Shown piece by piece: positions 19,370 through 27,621 of a stretch of 27,621 bases of DNA (its first letter is position 1; every line of letters starts with the position of its first letter). The translations under genes and the position numbers were made by a program. Source of the DNA: Pedobacter sp. (GTDB taxonomy: Bacteria; Desulfobacterota; Desulfuromonadia; Desulfuromonadales; Syntrophotaleaceae). The stretch is taken from assembly GCA_050253415.1 (NCBI GenBank), contig JBFWJC010000012.1, forward strand, positions 1-27,621, written 5' to 3'. The notes beneath the pieces were generated by a model. That model did not search any database. It saw nothing but the letters and a program-made list of their open reading frames with translations, and had not been told where the DNA came from.

Positions 19370-19640
19370 GTTAAAGAGCTTTTTTTCAACAACCCGTAAT
19401 CTTTCCTGTAACACGCCAAGGCTCCTGATCCACCAGCCATAAGATAGACAAGCCTCCTCGGCTCAGGCCAGCCTGGACGATAGAATGCGGTTGCTCCCCA
19501 ACAAGCCATCACCAACGAAGCCAATCTATGATGGCACATGGCGCTCTAGCCTTTTAGTATCAACAGCAGGCCACCTAGATGGTGCCGATTGCCCTGCCAG
19601 GATTACCAGCCTTTCTTGACCTGGCGCAAGCAACGCATCC
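19370..19640 (-). pseudogene. Possible highly decayed IS3-family orfA relic
   Basis: Patches (QVKKG; RKDYGLLKKS with an A-run) resemble the IS3 relic at 22590-23150. Confidence 0.3.
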
Positions 19641-19669
19641 GCACCCTCCCTTTGGCAGTTTTTCGCAAC

Positions 19670-20368
19670 CTAAGCTTCAGATTGTTTTTCGCTCTTTCTT
19701 GCCCAATGCCATTTATGACTAAGAATAGGCACCAGGGAAAAGCCCCCCAACAGCACAAAGGAACCGAGGACTCTTGGTGAGACGATTCCAGCCATCGACT
19801 CGATGGAAGCAAGACTCGCTCCCGCGTTGACATAGACAAAGGCTCCCGGAAGAATACCCACGAAGGTTCCCAGGAAGAACGTGCGAAGGGGCAGTCGGGT
19901 CAACGCCGCTACGAGGTTGATGAGAAAAAAGGGGAAAATGGGAACAAATCTCAGAAACAGCAGATAGTTTAGTCCGTCCCTTTCCAGGGCGACATTCAGC
20001 GTATCCCATTTTGAACCGACTCTTTTCTGCGCCCATCCACTCAAAAGGTAACGAGACACCAGAAACGCGCAGGTCGCTCCCAAGGTTGCCCCCGTTACTG
20101 CAAAAAGCGTCCCCTGGAAGACCCCGAACAGAGCCCCTGCAGCCAGGGAGAGCAGCAAAGCCCCGGGAAGGGATAGCGCTGTCTGAATGATGTAGAGCAG
20201 GATAAAAGCAATCGGAGTGATCAGCCGATTCCTGGCATAAAAGGCCTCCAAGGCATCCCGGTGCGTTTTAATCCCTTCCAGCGACAGGAAACGATTCAGG
20301 TCAAGGGCAAAAAACAGCGCCACCAGTCCTGCCAAAATCAGGACCAAAAGGATTTTCTTCTTCTCCAT
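19670..20368 (-). CDS. DedA/TVP38 (SNARE-associated) membrane protein
   Basis: LSLPGA-LLSLAAGALFG, GATLGA, LRFVPIFPFFLINL, F-GT-VGILPG. Confidence 0.92.
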   Translation of the reverse strand: MEKKKILLVLILAGLVALFFALDLNRFLSLEGIKTHRDALEAFYARNRLITPIAFILLYIIQTALSLPGALLLSLAAGALFGVFQGTLFAVTGATLGATCAFLVSRYLLSGWAQKRVGSKWDTLNVALERDGLNYLLFLRFVPIFPFFLINLVAALTRLPLRTFFLGTFVGILPGAFVYVNAGASLASIESMAGIVSPRVLGSFVLLGGFSLVPILSHKWHWARKSEKQSEA

Positions 20369-20406
20369 GGGGTCTCCAGACATTTTAATATGGAACGGGT
20401 TTGCGC

Positions 20407-20955
20407 CTATTTCCCGTTATTCAACGAATCTGTTTTTCCCGGTTCGATGCCGAAGGCGCGATTGAAGCGGGCACTAAAATTCTCCAGGGCGATGGCGGCC
20501 GTCAATTCCACCATCTGGACTTCATTTAACTGCGCAGAGAGCTTTTCAAAAAGTTCGTCCGTAACACGCGAAGGCGTTGCCGTGACCGCCTCGGCATAGG
20601 CCAGGACATTTTTCTCCAGGTCGGTAAACAAGTTGCTGCCGCGGTAATCGGCGAGCGCAGCTATTTCTTCGTGGGTTATTCCCGCCTCACGGGCGAGACG
20701 ATTCGTCAGATCAATTCAGAACGCGCACTCGACCTGCCGTGCCGTCCAATACATGGCAAGCCTCTTCAATCTCTCTGGCAGTTCACCCGGAGCGCGGACC
20801 GAACGGCCCAGGCCAAGGAACGATTTTAGAATGCTTGGTTTCCAGCCATACACCCACAGAGGGGTCGGGACTCCGCCGGAGCGCGATCCCATAATCTTGA
20901 ACAGAACCCGCAACCAGAAAGGACCTTTGGATTTCTCAATTCCAGCAATACGCAT
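20407..20955 (-). CDS. AhpD/carboxymuconolactone decarboxylase-like selenoprotein (182 aa, CxxU)
   Basis: Track ORFs 20716-20955 and 20407-20631 share one frame, separated only by the TGA at 20716-20718 in ECAF*IDL. The intervening codons are open, and a hairpin follows the TGA. Confidence 0.85.
20683..20715 (-). promoter_or_regulatory. Candidate bacterial SECIS element
   Basis: CGUCUC-GCCCGU-GAGGCG stem-loop; the loop begins with G after a 21-nt spacer 3' of the UGA. Confidence 0.6.
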
Positions 20956-21008
20956 AGTTTTTCCTCCTATTTATTGACTCGTTTTCCTAACGCCCCCCTG
21001 GGCGCGGA

Positions 21009-21914
21009 TTAATGGCTTCGCGAAGCGGTTCGAATGGTCCTGTTGACGGGCAGTGCCTTGTTGTTGGCCCATTCAATCCATGAACCGTCGTAATTTTCGA
21101 CGCGGTACCCGAGTCCCAACAGAACCAGGGTCGCATAGGAAGAACGGATCCCGGTTTGGCAATGGGCCACGATGTCCTGCTCAGGCGTGATTCCGGCCGC
21201 CGTGAGCAAGGCCCGAATCTCCTCCTCGCTCTTAAGTACCCGGACGCCGTCGACCTCCTTCTGCAGGTTCGTCCATTCCAGATGAACGGCGCCGGGAATG
21301 TGCCCGCCGCGCTCGGCCCGGATATCGGATCCATCGAATTCCTTGTAGCTGCGCGTATCCCAAACCATCACCCCAGGATTTCCCAGACGGGTCAGAATAT
21401 AGTCTGTCTCTGCCCGGATATCTCTGCCTGGCTGGCAATGATAGCCTGCCGTCGGCACCACCTGAGTGGGGAGAAACGCTGTGGGGCCGTTTTCCTTGGT
21501 CCACTTGTTAAAACCACCATCCAGGACGTAGGACCGTTCATGTCCGTGGTATCGGAGAGTCCAGATAAATCGTGCGGCGTACGGGTTGTCATCCTCGGCA
21601 TAGGCGACCACGGTCGTATCCGGCGTAATGCCATAGCGATCCATTAAGAACGCGAACTCCGATACGGTTGGAACCAGGCTTTTGACCCCGCCCCGGGTGG
21701 ACAGAAATTGCTGCTTTGGGATGCTGAGCGCCCCCTCAATGTGACCGAGAAGATACATAGGGGTCACACGTACATCGACAATTTTGACCTGGTGCCGGCG
21801 CTTGGCCAACCAATCGGTGGTCACGAAAAAATCACCCAGTTCGGCAAAAGCCGAAGAGGCTGAGAAAATGAGCCCAAGGCCCCCCAACAACAATACCAAC
21901 ACAATCTTCCGCAC
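21009..21914 (-). CDS. Exported tandem-domain rhodanese/sulfurtransferase
   Basis: Signal peptide (SSAFA), GHIEGA, LDGG, GGHIPGA, active-site CQTGIRS, YDGSWIEW; GGAGG RBS before GTG. Confidence 0.92.
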   Translation of the reverse strand: MRKIVLVLLLGGLGLIFSASSAFAELGDFFVTTDWLAKRRHQVKIVDVRVTPMYLLGHIEGALSIPKQQFLSTRGGVKSLVPTVSEFAFLMDRYGITPDTTVVAYAEDDNPYAARFIWTLRYHGHERSYVLDGGFNKWTKENGPTAFLPTQVVPTAGYHCQPGRDIRAETDYILTRLGNPGVMVWDTRSYKEFDGSDIRAERGGHIPGAVHLEWTNLQKEVDGVRVLKSEEEIRALLTAAGITPEQDIVAHCQTGIRSSYATLVLLGLGYRVENYDGSWIEWANNKALPVNRTIRTASRSH

Positions 21915-22265
21915 AATACACCTCCGTCGAAAATGGTTTGTCTGCTATCAAAACGTGCTTGCCACCATATGCTAACCACATTACTTTGGTCAACAATAAT
22001 TTTATATAAACATTACTTTTTTGTCGTGGTTTAAATGAATAATCCAAACAAATTTACGCACACTTTGGTGTGTTTTATCCGACGAAGTAAAGGGATAAAT
22101 GCTTGGATTTTCGCGAAGGGATGTTAAATAGGGGAGATAGGGGCTCTGTTTACAGACTTTCTGGAGGGTTTTAGCTAGAGGCGCAAAAGACGATCAAACA
22201 TTGCATTCTGGTGGGGGAAAAAAATCTAGACGCTTTCAAAACACCAGACTCAAAGCCCTGAAGGG

Positions 22266-22539
22266 AGTTCGGGAATAAATAATCGGACACAATGCACGGA
22301 GGTTGAATGACAGCCGGCTTTTTCTGATCCGGTGTTGGCCATGGAATCTAGGCTTCGCTCTATGCTTGCCGGCCTGCCCTGACATGAATCGCGGAATATT
22401 CTTCATCTGGGAGAGAATATTCCGCACATCCGCTGCTTGCCGTTTCGTTCAAGAACTTCTTTCTGTGTGTTTTCAGGCGCTTGACCCAGAGCAGATTCAT
22501 GGCACGGAATGTGTTAAGGACAAGGGTACAGTGTGCCTC
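22266..22539 (+). repeat. Copy 2 of the diverged direct repeat, with internal insertions
   Basis: Shares GGGAATAAATAAT, GCACGGAGG, CTGACATGAATCGC and GATTCATGGCACGGAA with 19127-19343. Confidence 0.8.
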
Positions 22540-22589
22540 CGATGAGGCGTGGTCCTGGGTAAGACCTTAAAGTGCCTTTTTTTGCCAAT

Positions 22590-23150
22590 GACGCATCCTG
22601 AAATGCCTTGACCTTTTTCTGCTGGAGAAAAGGCCAGATGAGCTGCAAACAAGCTCAAGGCACTGTGGCATTCAAGGGCGCTCTACTATCCTGGCCTGGC
22701 TACGAAAGCATGGAACGTTAGACTGTCGACGGAAACACGTATCCGATCTCAAGATGATTCATATGTCTGATGACAAAGATTCCATAGAAAACCCCGAGAA
22801 GAGGACAAAGGCCCTTGAGGTGCATATCAGGGCGGCTCGGGAGAAGGCCGAACTTTTTGACGCGATTGTCCATGTCCTTCGGGAAGATTACGGGGTCACT
22901 GTCAAAAAAAAGCGTTTAGGCAAGTCCTAGCACAGAAAAAACCCCAAAACGTGTGTATTTGCAGACTCTTCCATGAAATGGGCCTTTGCCCTTACTGCAG
23001 CCACTCCCTTCCATCGCAACCAAAGACCGCGCCACCCTTCCCCACCAGTCGTGAACCATCACGGAAGCAAGATAGTCCGCAGAGACTGGTCAAACTAAGA
23101 CAGCGCAGCGGCATATGGGTTCTGGTTTCTTTGGTTCAGAGCATGCAGGT
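22590..23150 (+). pseudogene. Decayed IS3-family transposase (orfA and start of orfB)
   Basis: Frameshifted EKGQMSCKQAQ / GIQGRSTILAWLRKHG / AREKAELFDAIVHVLREDYGVTVKKK, with an A-run at the orfA/B junction. Boundaries are approximate. Confidence 0.7.
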
Positions 23151-23288
23151 TCATCAGGAAAACGGGTCCGGTCCCGGTTTGCTCCAGAAAAACAAATATT
23201 GGCAACACTTCGGAAAAATACCCTTTCAGGGTAAACCTCTTCGCTCCACCTTCGTCTAATGAGAAACTTTCTTTCCCAGGAGTAATCA

Positions 23289-24623
23289 ATGCAAGCAAAA
23301 ACCGTTTTTCTAAAGAGGATTCAGTTCTGGTTAGTGAGTGCCGGCATGGCTCTCCTTGTCACCGGCTGCGGAGGATCCGGCAGCAGCGATCCAGCGCTGG
23401 TTCAGCAGCCGGCCCCGGCGTCGACCGTAATCGGCACACTGAGTACAACGGACAGTGTCCAGGTTGCAACCCTGGCGGTGGCCTCCGAAACGCAGCCTAC
23501 TCTCACTCTCGACGATAGCACCACGGAAATCCCTCTTGGCCCTCAGGGGTATTTTGAGGTAAGAGGCATTGCCGACGGGGATCATTCGCTCTATCTGCAT
23601 CAAATGTCCGGCCAGGTCACGGAGATCCCTTTTCGAATGCTGGAAGGACGTGGTCTGAATCTCGGCACCGTAACCATGCGAGACGGTGCTCTCGTGGAGC
23701 ACACCGGATTTAACGGCTACCACTTCGGATTTATCGATGAAAACGGTGACGGCATCAACGACAACTTCATGGACGCCGATGGCGACGGTATCTGTGATCA
23801 AGGGGGGTTGTACGCTGGGTATACCTACATGATGGAATCAGGGTTTGTCGATGAAGACGGCAATGGCATCAACGATCTGTTCCGAGACGCCGACGGTGAC
23901 GGTATAAACGACTTGAACCAAATGGTCTACGGGCACGGGTTTGGTTTCGTGGACACCAACGGCGACGGAGTCAATGACCGTTTCGTAGACGCCAACGGCG
24001 ACGGCATTTGCGACCTTACAGGCATGCCCTTCCGTCACCCCTTCGGATATCAGGACGAGAACGGGGATGGCATCAATGACCTTTTCGTCGATACAAACGG
24101 CAATGGCTACAACGACCTGACCGAGAGGGCCTACATGCCGATTCCAGGCTGGGTTGACCTGGACGGTGATGGGGCAAATGACTATTTCAGAGACGCCAAC
24201 GGTGACGGCATTGGCGATCTGTCTGACTTGCCCATGTCCTATGGCCACGGCTTTGGCTGGGTTGATGCGAATGGCGACGGCATCAACGACCGCTTTGTGG
24301 ATGCAAACGGGGATGGCATTAACGACTACGCGGGAGGCCCCTACGCACAGATGCCCTATCGCTACGGATTCGGCAGCCGCCATCAGGACGACAATGGCGA
24401 CGGCATCGATGACCTGACCGGCCGCTCCTATTGCACGGGGTTCGGCTGGGTTGATGCAAACGGCGATGGTATAAACGACGCCTTCATCGACACCGACGCA
24501 GACGGGGTCAACGACGTTACCGGATACCATTACGACAGGGGTTACACCATGGAGTCCGGGCACCAGGGATATAGGGACGGAACAATCGATTGGCCCATGC
24601 ACGGCAGTGGGATGATAATGTAA
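23289..24623 (+). CDS. Lipoprotein with 15 Dx[DN]GDG-type calcium-binding-like repeats
   Basis: Lipobox LVTG-C followed by a Gly/Ser linker; repeated GF/WVDANGDGINDxFxDANGDGIxD units; AGGAG RBS. Confidence 0.85.
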   Translation: MQAKTVFLKRIQFWLVSAGMALLVTGCGGSGSSDPALVQQPAPASTVIGTLSTTDSVQVATLAVASETQPTLTLDDSTTEIPLGPQGYFEVRGIADGDHSLYLHQMSGQVTEIPFRMLEGRGLNLGTVTMRDGALVEHTGFNGYHFGFIDENGDGINDNFMDADGDGICDQGGLYAGYTYMMESGFVDEDGNGINDLFRDADGDGINDLNQMVYGHGFGFVDTNGDGVNDRFVDANGDGICDLTGMPFRHPFGYQDENGDGINDLFVDTNGNGYNDLTERAYMPIPGWVDLDGDGANDYFRDANGDGIGDLSDLPMSYGHGFGWVDANGDGINDRFVDANGDGINDYAGGPYAQMPYRYGFGSRHQDDNGDGIDDLTGRSYCTGFGWVDANGDGINDAFIDTDADGVNDVTGYHYDRGYTMESGHQGYRDGTIDWPMHGSGMIM

Positions 24624-24644
24624 CTCACCCCTTGCCTTGAATCC

Positions 24645-24683
24645 AAAGCCCGCAGAAACCCACCGGAATCTGCGGGCTTTTTT
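24645..24683 (+). terminator. Intrinsic terminator
   Basis: AAAGCCCGCAGA...TCTGCGGGCTTT stem followed by a T-run. Confidence 0.8.
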
Positions 24684-24742
24684 GTGCTGGAAAGTCGGAG
24701 CTTTTCGATTGAGTTTTTCTATAGGCTCAACGACGAGCCCAA

Positions 24743-24937
24743 TCATCTCATATCACGGCGGATCAATCTTTTCTCAAGCTCTTGCTCGAAGATACTGGAG
24801 AGACAGCGCCTGACATAATTACCCTGATTATGCAGTGCGACACAGACAACGACATCTGCGCCATAAACAGAGCTTGGGGCCAGGGGTTGAATCAGTCGGA
24901 TATTACGAGGGGAAAGAATCATTGAATAGGATGTCAA
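24743..24937 (-). pseudogene. N-terminal fragment of a family-2 glycosyltransferase
   Basis: DVVVCVALHNQGNYVRRCLSSIFEQ matches the GT2 first strand/helix; the ORF ends abruptly afterwards. Confidence 0.65.
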
Positions 24938-24951
24938 AATTCGGGTGGTTC

Positions 24952-25794
24952 TTAGTTAATCGACGCGGTGTGCCGACACGAGGGGAATCCGGAGCAACCC
25001 CAAAATTCGCGACCAGCATGTCGACCGTGGTTTGTGACACGCCTTACCAAGGATTTGCCACATTTGGGGCATTGTGGGACAAAATTCGACGGCTGAATGG
25101 GACGGTTGTCATGGACATTTGTCTCTTTTCCAGACCCTCGAATCATCTTATGCAGGTGCGAGCCATCGAATAGTCTGATGTTCAACCCGCCCACAAACTT
25201 CTTCGCTTCTTCCGTAAACTCTCCGGCTGTGATGACAAAACCACCCGCAGCCCCTTGGGCTGACATAACTCCGTAGAGTTCACGGACTGTTTGAACACCA
25301 ACCTTGTAGGCTTTCCACTGCTTGCACTGGACAAAATAGCGGTCGGATCCTTTGCTGGCGATAAGATCGACACCACCATCAGGACCGTTGCCACCGGTCT
25401 GCTTAACCGAGTACCCACGTCGGCGAAAGAACTCGTTGACCAGAGTTTCAAACTGTTGCCAGGTCATATCAAATAATACGGCCCGGTCGGGCTGGGACCG
25501 AACATGATCAAACCGCTCTTTCTGCTTCGCGCTTCTGATGAACGAGCCAAGTGCACCAAAACCGAACAGTATCGGAAACACATACTGGCCAAAGCTCGCC
25601 AAGGTTACGTAGAGCTGCTTCCCAGCAAAAGACCCTAATCCGGAGACCCCGGTTGGTTTGGCGACTTCAATCCCAGCGACCATGTGCAAACCGACATAAG
25701 AAAAAACTGCCAGTACGCACCCAACCCACCAAGGGAGTCGACTGACAATTTCAACCACATCTTCGGCTGCTGAAGTTTTTCGACGTCTGGCCAT
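24952..25794 (-). CDS. Membrane-anchored Mrr-like restriction endonuclease with C-terminal Zn-ribbon
   Basis: Two TM helices, W--FE, DGGVDL...QCK (PD-(D/E)xK variant), CPKCG...FWGCSGFPSC. Confidence 0.9.
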   Translation of the reverse strand: MARRRKTSAAEDVVEIVSRLPWWVGCVLAVFSYVGLHMVAGIEVAKPTGVSGLGSFAGKQLYVTLASFGQYVFPILFGFGALGSFIRSAKQKERFDHVRSQPDRAVLFDMTWQQFETLVNEFFRRRGYSVKQTGGNGPDGGVDLIASKGSDRYFVQCKQWKAYKVGVQTVRELYGVMSAQGAAGGFVITAGEFTEEAKKFVGGLNIRLFDGSHLHKMIRGSGKETNVHDNRPIQPSNFVPQCPKCGKSLVRRVTNHGRHAGREFWGCSGFPSCRHTASIN

Positions 25795-25816
25795 ATCTTG
25801 CAATCCCTTACAAAAG

Positions 25817-26443
25817 TCAAACCGAAACGACCGGCACGAATCCAGCTTTCATGGCATTAACTGTTGAAGCAGGTGTGAGCACCTCAACCATCACATCAGC
25901 CCCTAAAGATCCAAATTCGGCATAACTCTCCGGTGTCCAACGCCATAATGCACCTTGCCAAATACAGATAAAAATCCCGGGGGACCCCAGTGCCGTGAAG
26001 AATGTTCCATCAGGAAGATTCCCAAGCCGATCTTGATATGTAATCTTTCTATGACTTCGATTTACCCTCTCCATTTGAAGAACACGATCAATCTCGCCGA
26101 TACTCGTTTTGGACGAAAACCCAAGATGCGAGTTCCCCTCAATCCAGGCAGCCTTGAAGCGATTAAAGTCTTCGCGTCGACATTCTGCACAAGGCCTGTG
26201 CCCTGCCGCCAAAGCGACGGCTTCATCCGTGAAAAACAGTTCAGTATAGCACCCCGGTGACATCAACGTTCGTTTACGCCCCTTGAACTCAAGCCGACAG
26301 ATTATCCAATGAGGATGGGTCCATCGCTTTGAGGTAAGTTGACCATCGCTATCGTGTAGCACACCACGGTTGCCCATGAACATGCCGCGAGCATTGGTCG
26401 CAATCAGCTCCCCAAAAGGAGTTACTCGGTTCTGTCGTGGCAT
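25817..26443 (-). CDS. Conserved hypothetical protein with Ada-like metal-binding motif
   Basis: QNRVTPFG...MGNRG-LH, YTELFF-DEAVALAAGHRPCAECRR; RBS before ATG 26443. Confidence 0.8.
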   Translation of the reverse strand: MPRQNRVTPFGELIATNARGMFMGNRGVLHDSDGQLTSKRWTHPHWIICRLEFKGRKRTLMSPGCYTELFFTDEAVALAAGHRPCAECRREDFNRFKAAWIEGNSHLGFSSKTSIGEIDRVLQMERVNRSHRKITYQDRLGNLPDGTFFTALGSPGIFICIWQGALWRWTPESYAEFGSLGADVMVEVLTPASTVNAMKAGFVPVVSV

Positions 26444-26471
26444 TTGCTTCCCCTTTATCCAACCTTTTGTA

Positions 26472-26586
26472 ATTTGCCCAAAAGTCTCGGGCAGACCTCC
26501 ATGTTTTCGACGCCGGATACACACTTGCCGAAAAACTGGGGGAGATTGAATCGCTGTTTGCCGGCTTTCTGAAGGGCTTTAAGTAA
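26472..26586 (+). pseudogene. Orphan 3' fragment of the alpha/beta hydrolase gene
   Basis: Translates FAQKSRADLHVFDAGYTLAEKLGEIESLFAGFLKGFK*, versus FAQKTQAELHVFNAGHTLTEKLGEIESLFAGFLKGLP* in the intact gene. Confidence 0.88.
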
Positions 26587-26591
26587 AGCTT

Positions 26592-27500
26592 TTACTGTTC
26601 GGCCAGGCCTGTTGTTTCAACTTCTCCCTTACGAATAGATGAAATTACGTCGTACACTAATTCTCTGTATTGATCCAACAGTCTGTAGTTGGTCTTCGAT
26701 GCCCCGCTACCGCCATCACTTTCAAACTCTATAATTTGTCTTAAATGTGGATTCGCTTTTTTTGTAATAAACTGACTTACATTACTTAAAAGCCTGCCAG
26801 CGTGGCCTATATTCTCTCCAATTCCTTTAGCAAAAAACCTCTGTTTAATTTCTTCTCTAGTAATAAACATTTTTTCGGCTAACAATATTTCAAAAAGGGT
26901 AATTAATCTTGGTGTCAGACTTGTCTGCCTTGACAAAGTATTAAGCAGTTCATTTCTAAGATCTTCGTCGGATAAATTTGATTTTTCTAAGCTAAAAGGA
27001 GATCTTGCTATTTTTTGGTCATTTTCTGATGAATCAGTAGCAACTACGTTCGTAATGCCAGTAATTGATATTGCTTCTTCAATCGCTGTCTTCAAAACGA
27101 GTTCGGAAGATTCCACATATTCTCTTATGTAGTTAAATAAGCTTGATATTTCAATTGCACGATTTTTTGTATAAGGACTCAAAAATGCGACCCTGAATAA
27201 AACCTGTTCCCACTCTTCGTCAAAGAAGGAGGTCTTCTTGACTTGAGCCAACGTCTCGTTAAAAGTTGGATCATTAGCCTCTTTACCGTTTGTTAAGACG
27301 AATGCATCCTCCTGGGTCAATTTCAAAAAATCGGGGTACTTTCTTAATAAAACATAGAAGGTTGGGTAGGTGATCTGCATGCAAACCAAGGTAAAAAGCA
27401 AAAACTTATCCTGCATTTTTGCTTTTTTCACCTCTGTCATCATGGTAATCAGCAGCAGTGAATTGACCAGCCTTTTTATTGAACGTGGGTTACCCCCTAA
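26592..27500 (-). pseudogene. C-terminal part of a KAP-family P-loop NTPase fusion, interrupted by an IS
   Basis: The frame extends upstream of the track start as GGNPRSIKRLVNSL (KAP C-terminal motif); AT-rich; cut at 27500. Confidence 0.7.
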
Positions 27501-27621
27501 CAGGCCGTTGAAAAACTATACGGGAGTCGGCCTATTACTCCCTTGAGCACTTTTTTTGATCTTTGATAACCTTTGTTCCGCTGATTTCGGGTCGTTAGAC
27601 CCCGTTTTGGGGCTCCCTTTC
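27501..27621. mobile_element. End of a probable IS5/IS1182-type insertion sequence
   Basis: CAGGCCGTTGAAAAAC begins right after CTAA, exactly where the KAP homology stops. Confidence 0.6.

Noticed and set aside
22500..22516. TGGCACGG as a sigma54 promoter (also at 19302)
   Set aside because: The -12 GC is missing in both copies, and no intact gene follows.
23838..24746. 302-aa minus-strand ORF
   Set aside because: Antisense shadow of the repeat lipoprotein; the VAVGV-type periodicity is the reverse complement of the DxNGDG codons.
25817..26524. Longer 235-aa start for the Ada-like gene
   Set aside because: The extension runs antisense through the hydrolase remnant; the RBS supports ATG 26443.
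1..27621. tRNA, rRNA or known riboswitch
   Set aside because: None recognised by eye; a covariance-model scan would be needed to exclude them.

Overview
This 27.6 kb window is a mosaic accessory region, most likely from a Desulfuromonadales/Geobacter-like deltaproteobacterium (inferred from gene content). Both edges end in insertion-sequence termini. A defence-island-like scaffold occurs at both ends in partly duplicated form: an XRE regulator, an alpha/beta hydrolase, an Mrr-type endonuclease with Zn-ribbon, an Ada-like Cys-motif protein and a KAP-NTPase fragment. It encloses about 22 kb of redox and metal cargo in five modules. (i) A nitrite/low-oxygen module (PAS protein, NDH-2, HPP protein, IRH-type NrfA, PAS-sigma54 activator, FMN-binding protein, MocR regulator) lies between two copies of a miniature IS21-like element. 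(ii) A Cu/Ag P1B-ATPase cassette. (iii) A Rieske/cytochrome b complex with a 7-heme cytochrome c and a PCYCGC-like protein. (iv) An operon of exported rhodanese, AhpD-like protein and DedA. Its AhpD gene is split in the ORF track but reads through an in-frame UGA (CxxU) followed by a SECIS-like hairpin, i.e. a hidden selenoprotein. (v) A lipoprotein with 15 DxNGDG-type repeats. Unexplained non-coding structure includes six 14-bp motifs bracketed by a 16-bp direct repeat (8165-8625). All calls come from reading the sequence and motifs by eye; no searches were run.
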